Positions 27,991-37,078 of a DNA stretch of 64,000 nt are shown piece after piece. The DNA is from Aulosira sp. ZfuVER01 (GTDB lineage Bacteria; Cyanobacteriota; Cyanobacteriia; Cyanobacteriales; Nostocaceae): positions 1 through 64,000 of the forward strand of contig JAVRCV020000019.1 in the NCBI GenBank assembly GCA_034530615.2, read 5' to 3'. Every line of letters starts with the position of its first letter. Positions within the stretch are counted from its first letter, which is position 1. The notes beneath the pieces were generated by a model, which did not search any database, had not been told where the DNA came from, and was given only the letters and a program-made list of their open reading frames with translations. The position numbers and the translations under genes are program-made.

Positions 27991-29334
27991 CTAACTTCCT
28001 GTGTACTGAATACGATATATGCGCTTATTGGCCTCTTCTGTCACCAATAAACTGCCATCAGGTAACACCAGTAAACCTACAGGTCGCCCCCAAGTAGTTG
28101 GTATAGAGGGATTTAGCAAAAATCCTGTCAGAAAGTCTTCATAGTAACCTTGCGGTCGTCCTTTAGTATCGAAAGAAACAAATACTACTTTGTAACCCGT
28201 ACCGCGATCGCGATTCCAAGAACCACGAAAAGCTACAAAAGCTCCGTTACGATATTTTTCTGGGAAAGTCCGACCATCATAAAATTGTAAACCCAAGGCT
28301 GCTGAATGCGCCTGAAACAAAACATCTGGGGTGCGAGTACGTGCTACCAAATCGGGTCTTCTACTTCTATCATTCTTTTTCTGGCGTGGGTCAAGATTAT
28401 TCGGTGTCAGGTAAGCATAAGGCCAGCCATAGAATTCTCCCTGTTGCAGGCGTGTAAAGTAGTCTGGTACTAAGTCATCGCCAATACCATCGCGTTCGTT
28501 AACCGTAGTGTATAGTTCCTTAGTGATTGGATGAAAGTCCAAACCAACAGGGTTACGCAAGCCATCAGCGAAAGTCTGTTTTTGGGAACCATCCAAATTC
28601 ATCTGCTGTACCGAAGCCCGTGGTAGGGATTCTTCATCTACATTGGTTTCGGAACCAACAGAAACATATAGTTTGTTTCCATCAGGTGACACTACAACAT
28701 TACGAGTCCAGTGCTGGTTATAACCACCGCCAGGAAGATCGGCAATTTTTTTGCCAGTACCAGTGAGTTCTTGTTGACCTTTAGTGTAGGGAAACTGTAG
28801 CACTGCATCGGTATTACCCAAAAAGAAAGAATTACCAGCAAAAGCCATACCAAAAGGAATATTCAGACCATTTTTGGCACTTGCAAAAGTCTGGCGCACA
28901 TCAGCCACCCCATCCCTGTTGCTATCACGCAACAGCCGAATGCGATTTTGTCTAGTTTCTGTCACCAGTACATCACCATTGGGAGTTAAAGCCAGCCAGC
29001 GTGGTGCTTCTAAACCTTCAGCAAAGACATTAACTTTAAATCCTGGTGGTACGCGCAGCACCGGGTTTTGTGGAATTGGTACAACCTTAGGGCTTTTGGA
29101 AGCGCTTTCTGTAGCGAAAGGTGCTGGTAAATTACTCAGGTTAATCCGGATTTGTGTGGGTGAAAGTGGTTCAGTCCGGATGATATTGTTCTGCTGTGTC
29201 GAATTTTCTGCCAGATCAACTGAAGATGCAGATGGTTGCGCTGTGACATTATCTAAGGAGGCGCGAGTCTGGTTACAGGCTGTTAGTGTAGTAATTAATA
29301 ACAATAGCGGTAATAAACGCTCAGGCAATTTCAT
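27991..29334 (-). CDS. PQQ-dependent sugar (sorbosone) dehydrogenase family lipoprotein
   Basis: Lipobox LTAC; HWTRN, GLRNPVGL, VNERD, YGWPY, GSWNR, GRPVG. Confidence 0.9.
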   Translation of the reverse strand: MKLPERLLPLLLLITTLTACNQTRASLDNVTAQPSASSVDLAENSTQQNNIIRTEPLSPTQIRINLSNLPAPFATESASKSPKVVPIPQNPVLRVPPGFKVNVFAEGLEAPRWLALTPNGDVLVTETRQNRIRLLRDSNRDGVADVRQTFASAKNGLNIPFGMAFAGNSFFLGNTDAVLQFPYTKGQQELTGTGKKIADLPGGGYNQHWTRNVVVSPDGNKLYVSVGSETNVDEESLPRASVQQMNLDGSQKQTFADGLRNPVGLDFHPITKELYTTVNERDGIGDDLVPDYFTRLQQGEFYGWPYAYLTPNNLDPRQKKNDRSRRPDLVARTRTPDVLFQAHSAALGLQFYDGRTFPEKYRNGAFVAFRGSWNRDRGTGYKVVFVSFDTKGRPQGYYEDFLTGFLLNPSIPTTWGRPVGLLVLPDGSLLVTEEANKRIYRIQYTGS

Positions 29335-29526
29335 AATTGGACGCTTCCGAGAGTGGCAACAGAAAAACAGCTTAGTATTTATTGCTGAGTTTACCTAAAG
29401 CACCGTAATTGCCCATCCCCCTGGAGAGTGGGGAGTGTGGGGAGTGTGGGAAGTGCGGGGAGAAATGGGACAAGGGAGAAATGACAAATTACCTTTGCCT
29501 TTTGACTTTTGACTCTTGACCCTGGA

Positions 29527-31830
29527 CTATTGACTCAAAAGCAAACTCTTCTCTATTGATTCCCGCACATTAGGAGTGACATTAGCAGCACTATTGAGGC
29601 AATCTAATAGTAATTGATTGGCATACCAATAATGTTGTAATTCCTGCCAATCTTTTTGGTTAAACTGCCAAGCATGACCAATTTGGCGAGAATTAATCAT
29701 CAAAGTCCGCAATTTCTCAATCCAAGCTTCTCCATAAGTTTGCCACCAAATTTTTAGTGCTTCTCGACTTTGATTCTGTGAGGGTAGCTGGTTTTTCAAA
29801 TCTTGCAGCGACGTTTTTAAAGATGGTTGCTCTGTCAGCAAATGTTCCAAATCTAAGGCTAAACTCAAAGTAAACAAACGTTGGAAAAATATCTCAGCAG
29901 TCATAGTCAAGCTGACAGCAAGGGCATGAGTCAGAGCCAAATCTAAAGCTAAATCAATGCAGAGATTTCCTGCTAGACGCTGATCTAAAGATAAAGCAAA
30001 AATTTGGTTGCGGGCTAAAGGATGCTCTGGTGGTAGAGCAATAGTAATGTAAAAGGCACGTACACTAGCTGGATGATAAGATTGGTTTACAGCAGAAGAT
30101 TTTTCCGCTACCCAATTGAGGAAAGCCTGCAATTTTTCATTGGCAGTTACTAAGGTATCTGTATGTTGCTTTATTAGCTGCAACAAATCATCAGCAGGCT
30201 GTAACATCCCTACACTTAGTAAAAATATTTCCCGCCAACGTTCTTCATAAATGTGAGTAACTAGTTCCTGTAGTGTTTGAGGATTGGCATGAGCAAAGAT
30301 TTCTCTGGCTGTAAAATATTCTTGAAAAGTCAAATGAGAAAAAGAATAAATTCCTCTAGCTCTTTCGATCAATAACCCATGTTGAGCTTCAATGGCTTTT
30401 AACACAGCCGCACTTTCTAATTCCAAAGCATCTGCATCAGTTGTAGCTTCGGGAAGATGAGATAGATAATCGCCAATAAGTTGCCGCATTTTAGCTTCTG
30501 GGAGAAAGTAATCTCCTTGCGTAAAGGTAATTGCGGCAACGCGACTCAGCAATTTAATTTTTTGGAGTAGGGATAAATTGCGATAAATTTTATCTCGTTT
30601 AATACCCCTGGCTTCATCCCAGCGTACTAGGAGTAAATCTAATCCTTGCTTATATAATTCAGCACGTTGAGACGGAAAATCTTCCACAAACTGAAATAAT
30701 AAACAGGTGAGATTTAACAAAATTGGTGTAGAGGCTAATTCTAAAATTCGTACATTTTCTGGTAGTTCTAATTTTTGAATAAATTTATGTGCTAACTCCT
30801 GTGCTTTTACTGGAGTTTTTTTAGCGACTGCTAAAAACCATTTTCTAGCAAAAGTAGCAATTTGCGCTTTAGCAAAATCAGCAATTTCTACTTCAGTAAA
30901 TCCTTGAAATCTATAATATTGGGAAGCAATACGGCAAGTGATAATAATTTTATTTTTGGGAAAATTTTCAACAAATTGTCTGATTATTTTGATAATTCTT
31001 TCGCTATCTGTTTCAGCGACTTCATCTAAAGCATCTAATAAAATTAAAGCTTTACCTTGCGTAAATATTGTCAGAATTTGCTGTTCGCTAATATCAAAAC
31101 TAAAAAAATAATTATGAATATAATTTACTAAAGTTGTTTGGGTAGATTCCCTAGTATCTTCAGCCAGATTTTTCAAATTGATAAAAATTGGCAAACAATC
31201 TGGTTGAAAAAATCCTTGATTACAGCTAATAGCGATTGACTGCAAAAATGTGGTTTTACCAGAGCCTGGTTTTCCTAAAACCATCAGCTTAGAATATTGT
31301 AAAATCGCCTCTAGCCCACCAACCCGCTTTTGGCTTACTTTACCTAAGCCAAATCTGTCAAATTTATCCCGATCGCATTTTTGTAAATCATTAATATCTA
31401 TCCATGTTTGGCTATTCATTTCCTCCAAGATATTGACATCAACATAAAGTGCATTTAAATCTACAGGCTGGGCAATATCTAAAATATGTAAAGTACCGCA
31501 CTGGGCTTGAATTTTGTCATAGTGAATAGACCGCAGCTTTTCTACGAGACTATGAATATCTAAAGTCAACTGAGCAGTCTTCTCTGCAAGCATTAATTCA
31601 TCGTCAGTAGTCTTTTGCAGAATTTCTGCCGGATTTAGCTCTAAAACTAAGCAAATCTCATTAAAGGCTTGGCGGTCAATGGGTTTACCAGTGAAAAACT
31701 TCCATATTGGCTGACGAGTCTCTAAACCAACGGTTGCAGCTAAATATTCTTGCGTCCAGCCTTTGCGCTTAAACGCCAGTTTAGCTTTTCTAATACCTTC
31801 TACTGATGCTTGGAGCGATCGCTTTGCCAT
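29527..31830 (-). CDS. NACHT NTPase with N-terminal HTH and C-terminal helical domain
   Basis: WTQEYLAATVG HTH; GKPGSGKTT; LLDALDEV; ITCR; FSHLTFQEYFTA. Confidence 0.93.
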   Translation of the reverse strand: MAKRSLQASVEGIRKAKLAFKRKGWTQEYLAATVGLETRQPIWKFFTGKPIDRQAFNEICLVLELNPAEILQKTTDDELMLAEKTAQLTLDIHSLVEKLRSIHYDKIQAQCGTLHILDIAQPVDLNALYVDVNILEEMNSQTWIDINDLQKCDRDKFDRFGLGKVSQKRVGGLEAILQYSKLMVLGKPGSGKTTFLQSIAISCNQGFFQPDCLPIFINLKNLAEDTRESTQTTLVNYIHNYFFSFDISEQQILTIFTQGKALILLDALDEVAETDSERIIKIIRQFVENFPKNKIIITCRIASQYYRFQGFTEVEIADFAKAQIATFARKWFLAVAKKTPVKAQELAHKFIQKLELPENVRILELASTPILLNLTCLLFQFVEDFPSQRAELYKQGLDLLLVRWDEARGIKRDKIYRNLSLLQKIKLLSRVAAITFTQGDYFLPEAKMRQLIGDYLSHLPEATTDADALELESAAVLKAIEAQHGLLIERARGIYSFSHLTFQEYFTAREIFAHANPQTLQELVTHIYEERWREIFLLSVGMLQPADDLLQLIKQHTDTLVTANEKLQAFLNWVAEKSSAVNQSYHPASVRAFYITIALPPEHPLARNQIFALSLDQRLAGNLCIDLALDLALTHALAVSLTMTAEIFFQRLFTLSLALDLEHLLTEQPSLKTSLQDLKNQLPSQNQSREALKIWWQTYGEAWIEKLRTLMINSRQIGHAWQFNQKDWQELQHYWYANQLLLDCLNSAANVTPNVRESIEKSLLLSQ

Positions 31831-32055
31831 TCTCTTAATCAAAAACTACACACTTATTTTGCTGTTTGTATACAACTTATACAAGTTATACGTTAACTTA
31901 TACCAAAAACATAACACAATCCCCGAGACTAGCTCTCTATAATAGTATTCAGTCAGCCAATTCTACATACCCAACTAGCTTATGGCATTGCTACACAATA
32001 TTTTGCCTTGTAAAGCAATGCCCGAGCTTTTCATAGTAGATTAAGTCGTTGCCAT

Positions 32056-33249
32056 TCAAAAAAAATTTTCTAGTTCTGCTGCTGGTAATGGACGGCTTAA
32101 GAGAAAACCTTGCATAGCATCGCAATGGTATTGGCGTAAAAAATCCAGTTCTGCTTCTGTATCTACACCTTCAGTTACTACTCGCAAATTCAGACTGTGA
32201 GCCATTTGAATTAAGGCTTGGGTCAGTTCTGATTTTTCGGAATTATTGTCTACATTATGAATATAATAGCGCCCAATTTTTAAGGTATTAATTGGTAATT
32301 CTTTAAGGTTAGTTAAAGAAGCATAACCAATACCAAAATCATCAATAGCGATTTTTACACCCAGAGAACGGAGTTTATTCATGATAGCGATCGCATTATT
32401 TATATTTTGCATAATTATGCTTTCGCTGATTTCGATTTCCAGACGTTCTGGTGCCAATTTATTATTCATAAACAGCGCAGATAAATCTTCGATGAAATCT
32501 GGAGAATAAAATTGGCTGCCAGAGACATTAACATTAATAGTCAATGACAAAAAATTGAGATTATCTTTCCAGATATTCATCTGTTTGCAGATGATTGTGA
32601 ATACCCATTTTTCAATATGTAAAATTAAACCTGTAGATTCTGCCAATTGCATAAATTCTAGTGGCGGAACCGAGCCTAATTCAGGGCTTTGCCACCGTAA
32701 TAAACTTTCGGCTGCAATTATCTTTCCTGAGGCAATATCTACTATTGGTTGATAATACAAATCGAATTCTTGAAATTTGTTTTCTTTTACTACTCGATGT
32801 AAATAGATTTCTAATAACTGCATTTTGGGTGAGAATGCCATACTTGCAGGCTGGTTTGATAATAAATGCTTTTTTAAAGCAGCCTGTTTTTCTAGACGGT
32901 TGACAATCGCACTTAATAGTTCAGCACGGGTAAATGGCTTAGTTAGGTAGTCATCGGCTCCCAAATCCATACCTTGACGAAAGTCAGCTTTCGCAGATTT
33001 GGCAGTCAGAAAAATAAAAGGAATTGTGGCTGTTAATGGGTCTTGACGTAATGTTGTTAACACGCCATAACCATCAACTTCGGGCATCATCATATCGCAC
33101 AAAATTAAATCAGGAATTTCGGAGAATGCTAAATTTAATCCGATTTTGCCATTAGCAGCAGCAATAGTATCAAAATCCTCAGCTTCTAGTAAATCTAAAA
33201 GATTTTCCCGAACTAATTCTTCATCTTCAATTACTAAAATTTTTGTCAT
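32056..33249 (-). CDS. REC-EAL response regulator (c-di-GMP phosphodiesterase family)
   Basis: REC domain, then YQP, ESLLRW, DDFGIG, EGV, QGF. Confidence 0.92.
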   Translation of the reverse strand: MTKILVIEDEELVRENLLDLLEAEDFDTIAAANGKIGLNLAFSEIPDLILCDMMMPEVDGYGVLTTLRQDPLTATIPFIFLTAKSAKADFRQGMDLGADDYLTKPFTRAELLSAIVNRLEKQAALKKHLLSNQPASMAFSPKMQLLEIYLHRVVKENKFQEFDLYYQPIVDIASGKIIAAESLLRWQSPELGSVPPLEFMQLAESTGLILHIEKWVFTIICKQMNIWKDNLNFLSLTINVNVSGSQFYSPDFIEDLSALFMNNKLAPERLEIEISESIIMQNINNAIAIMNKLRSLGVKIAIDDFGIGYASLTNLKELPINTLKIGRYYIHNVDNNSEKSELTQALIQMAHSLNLRVVTEGVDTEAELDFLRQYHCDAMQGFLLSRPLPAAELENFF

Positions 33250-33276
33250 AATTATCACCTGGTTTTACTTGGTTAT

Positions 33277-36200
33277 TTAAGTTGGCAGAGTGACCTTAAA
33301 CTTTGATCCAACTCCCAATTTAGTGGATACAGAGATATCACCCTGATGGATATCAATACATTTTTTCACAATTGCCAATCCCAATCCAGTACCGAGTATA
33401 TTACCAACATTACTAGCCCGATGAAATGATTCAAATAGATGCGGTAAATCTTCTGCCGGAATCCCAATTCCCTGGTCTTGAATTTCAAATATTGCTTGCC
33501 CATTTTCACAAGTTAGAGTAAATTCAACCTTGCTATCAGATGGGGAATATTTGATGGCATTCGAGAGTAAGTTAATGAGAATGTGTCCCAGCAATTTTTC
33601 ATCCATAAAACATGGTATAGTTTTGGACTCGCTAGTAAAGGAAATTCGGTGCTGATTGTTGAGATCTAGCTCAAAGTCTTCTACCAATTGACAGCAGTAT
33701 TCAACCAAATCAAAGGATGTTGGTTTATAGTCTAGTATTCCCGCATCTGCCTTACCAATAAACAAAACTTCGTTCAACATATCTGTCATGCGACTCACCG
33801 CAGTTTGAATCCGGCGCAGATGAATGAGTTGTTTTTCTTGAGTCCATTTATGCTGATAATGTTCTAGTAACTCTGCGGAAGAAAGGATAGTACTCAAGGG
33901 CGTGCGAAATTCATGGGAAGTCATAGAGATAAAACGAGATTTGAGTTCGTTAAGTTCTTTCTCTTTCTCCAGTGCGATGATTAACTCTTGTTCTAATTGC
34001 TTCTGCTCTGTAACGTCTGCTCTATAACCGACAAATTCTACTAAGTTACCAGTTTCATCTTTGACTAACCTACCTTTGTCACACACCCAACGATAGTTAC
34101 CGTCTTGGTGCAAGAAGCGGTAATTCAACCTGTAGTAACCGCGATCTACTGCTTGCGCAAGTTCGGCAAACACATCAGCTACATCGTCGGGGTGGATATG
34201 TCTAGCCCAAAAACTCGAATCTTCAATAAATTCTCTGGCTTCATAACCCATCATCGCCTTGACATTTTCGCTGACAAAAGTACCACCAAAATCTCCTGAC
34301 AATTTGCAAGTATAGATGACAGCAGGGGTTGAGGAAAGTAAGTATTGCAGCCGTTGTTGGCTGACAACTAATGCTGTTTCTGCTTGCTTGCGTTCGGTAA
34401 TATCTGTTTGAATGCCGATGTAATGGGTAAGCGCGCCAGCTGCATCATAAACAGGAGAAATGTTTAACTCATTCCAAAAAACTCCGCCATCTCTGCGATA
34501 GTTCCGGAGAATCACGGTGCAGTCTTTACCTGCTTGCATCGCTGCATTGAGTTGTTGTAACTTTGGTTGATTAATTTCATCATTTGGGAATAAACAAAAG
34601 CTTTTCCCAATAACTTCTGCTGCGCAGTAGCTCGTCATGCGCTCGTATGCAGAATTAACATAGATAATTGGGCCGTTGGGAATGCTGGCATCTGCAATAA
34701 TAATGCCATTGCTGCAAGCGGCGATCGCGCGATCGCGCAGTCTTAAACTTTCTTCTACGAGTTTGCGCCCAGTAACATCAGTATGAATACAAACGTTTCC
34801 TAAAACTTTCCCTGTAGCATCTTTCAAAGCATCAGCGCATAAATCTACCTGCGAAATCCTGCCACTGCGGGCTTGCATCGTCACTTCGCCTCGCCACGAC
34901 TCACCACTTTGGATGGCACTCACTACTTGTTCAAACTCTGCTGGATACTTGAAAATTGCAGATCCTCCCCCAGCAGCCCGGAGTTCCTCTAAAGTGTAAT
35001 CATATAGTTTGACGAAGGCCGGGTTAACGTAAATAGTTTCACCCAAAATATTACCCATACAAACAGCATCGCTGGTGCTTTCAATAGCTTTGCGAAACCG
35101 TAAGAGTGACTCTTCAACTGATTTGCGCTCGGTAATATCGGTAGAGATCCCACAAAGAGCGTAAACTACGCCATGAGCATCTTTTAAAGGAAATCTAATT
35201 GACAAATAAGTGTGTAAACCATCTGCGTGAGCAACGACTTCCTCGGTTGTTGTTGAAATACAATTTGTAATTACCTGTTGGTTATTAACTACAAACTGAT
35301 CGGCAATATCATGACTCCAAATCTCGTAAACGCTTTTGCCAAATATCTGCTCTTGCTGAATATTACATATTTCTTCATACTGCCTGTTGATCAGTAAGTA
35401 TTTATTTTGAGCATCTACTACATAAATCACTGCTGGGGAATTATCTAAAATTGCTTGTAACTGCTGTTGAGTATTCCGCAAAGATGCTTCTGCTTGTTGG
35501 CGCTGGGTAATGTCTCGGCTCATACCGCGATACCCTTGGAATGTACCTTCAGAGTCAAAAACTGGAACACCACTCGTTTCCAGCCAAACTAGCTGTCCAT
35601 TTTGATGCATCTGGATATTCTCCAGACATTGGAATGGTTGGGGTGTAATAAAAATTACGGCAAATTCTTGAGCAATACTCTCTCGCCTATCCAATGGCAT
35701 AAACTCCAGGGGGCTTTTTCCTAGCACTTCCTCTGGTTCATAGCCCAAAATATCCCTGATTTTGGGGCTGACATAGGTGTAGATGCCGTTTTTGTCAACT
35801 TCCCAAATTAAATCGCTGCTGGTTTCTACTAAGTTGCGGAACCGTTCTTCGCTATCTCTGAGTGCTTCAAGTGCAAGTTGGCGATCGCGCTGCGCCACTT
35901 GTTGTTGTCTAATATCTGTGGCTATCTTCCTATAAGCGATAATTTCTCCGGTATCTTTTTGCTCAGTGATCCTGGGCGCAAACAAGCAAGCTTCCGCCGC
36001 ATTCGGATGCTGATACTGATTTTTTGAACAACATGTCAGTTGCGTCTGCATCCATTCTTGCTCTTCGGGATATATCGCAGTACCTTCGTGTGCTTGTTGC
36101 GCCAACAGTTGAGAGATGCTATCTAAGGCGATCGCACCAATCAGTAAACCTTGCTCATCCGCCACAGGAAGCAAACCCGACCCAGATTGACGCAATAGCG

Positions 36201-36498
36201 AAAGTACTGTTGGCAGATTGTCAAGTTCCGACAGCTTCGGCATCATTGTGAGAGTATGCATCACTTCAGCAATTTTTGTGGTTGTGAAGTCAATCCCAGA
36301 AGCTACAAGCTTGACTACATCTTTCTCTGTCAACCACCCAACTATCTCCCCGGCCAATCCGACTAAAGTGCTTTTACCTTGCTTCGCCATTAGGGCGATC
36401 GCATCTAATAACAGTGTTTCCGGCTCAACTGTCAACGGCGAAAAGTCAATGATTGACTTTAAGCATTTTAGCCACGGAAGTTGCGGTATGGCTTGCAT
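33277..36498 (-). CDS. CBS + multi-PAS sensor histidine kinase
   Basis: N-terminal CBS pair, repeated PAS/PAC (DITER), SHEFRTPL, NAIKYS, GTGLGL. Confidence 0.93.
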   Translation of the reverse strand: MQAIPQLPWLKCLKSIIDFSPLTVEPETLLLDAIALMAKQGKSTLVGLAGEIVGWLTEKDVVKLVASGIDFTTTKIAEVMHTLTMMPKLSELDNLPTVLSLLRQSGSGLLPVADEQGLLIGAIALDSISQLLAQQAHEGTAIYPEEQEWMQTQLTCCSKNQYQHPNAAEACLFAPRITEQKDTGEIIAYRKIATDIRQQQVAQRDRQLALEALRDSEERFRNLVETSSDLIWEVDKNGIYTYVSPKIRDILGYEPEEVLGKSPLEFMPLDRRESIAQEFAVIFITPQPFQCLENIQMHQNGQLVWLETSGVPVFDSEGTFQGYRGMSRDITQRQQAEASLRNTQQQLQAILDNSPAVIYVVDAQNKYLLINRQYEEICNIQQEQIFGKSVYEIWSHDIADQFVVNNQQVITNCISTTTEEVVAHADGLHTYLSIRFPLKDAHGVVYALCGISTDITERKSVEESLLRFRKAIESTSDAVCMGNILGETIYVNPAFVKLYDYTLEELRAAGGGSAIFKYPAEFEQVVSAIQSGESWRGEVTMQARSGRISQVDLCADALKDATGKVLGNVCIHTDVTGRKLVEESLRLRDRAIAACSNGIIIADASIPNGPIIYVNSAYERMTSYCAAEVIGKSFCLFPNDEINQPKLQQLNAAMQAGKDCTVILRNYRRDGGVFWNELNISPVYDAAGALTHYIGIQTDITERKQAETALVVSQQRLQYLLSSTPAVIYTCKLSGDFGGTFVSENVKAMMGYEAREFIEDSSFWARHIHPDDVADVFAELAQAVDRGYYRLNYRFLHQDGNYRWVCDKGRLVKDETGNLVEFVGYRADVTEQKQLEQELIIALEKEKELNELKSRFISMTSHEFRTPLSTILSSAELLEHYQHKWTQEKQLIHLRRIQTAVSRMTDMLNEVLFIGKADAGILDYKPTSFDLVEYCCQLVEDFELDLNNQHRISFTSESKTIPCFMDEKLLGHILINLLSNAIKYSPSDSKVEFTLTCENGQAIFEIQDQGIGIPAEDLPHLFESFHRASNVGNILGTGLGLAIVKKCIDIHQGDISVSTKLGVGSKFKVTLPT

Positions 36499-37020
36499 AG
36501 ATGTTGAGTATAGCTATGATTAAAAATTGTTCTTTAAAGTAAACTGTTGTCTATAGTTCTAATATTTTTTCGTCAGCCGATAATGATTGCGAGGGTATAA
36601 ATACTGGAATTTTCCTTCATATATAAAATATTCTTCCTACTATATCTAATGAGTCTTTGAGGAGAAATGTCTAAAACCCTCAAGCTTAATATCAATCATC
36701 ATTGCTATCTAAAATTAAGATTATTTAGACTCAAAAGTCTAACATCCAATCAGATGTTAATTGCCAATCAAAATCAAAAAATTATTTACCCAGTACAACG
36801 CGCGAACCCAATGTAAAAGTTAGGTAAACTAAACATCTATTGAAATTACCAGGGGATAAAGAAACCTCAATGGTCAAATTTAGTGAACCTGGGAATCCCA
36901 TGAAATGGGTTATAGACAACGGTTAATCTTTTTAAAATTTACCATTTTCTCAATGGGAAAGTGTCAAATTTTATGAAAGCTGAGGCAATGGTCAAGGGGC
37001 ATTGAGCAATAGTCATTAGT

Positions 37021-37078
37021 TATTTCGCCCCTACTCCCCTGTCCCCCTTGTCCCCTTGTCCCCTTGTCCCCAGCCTCC
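37021..37078. repeat. TCCCCTTG octamer tandem repeats
   Basis: (TCCCCTTG)3 and variants after the GH gene stop. Confidence 0.75.
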
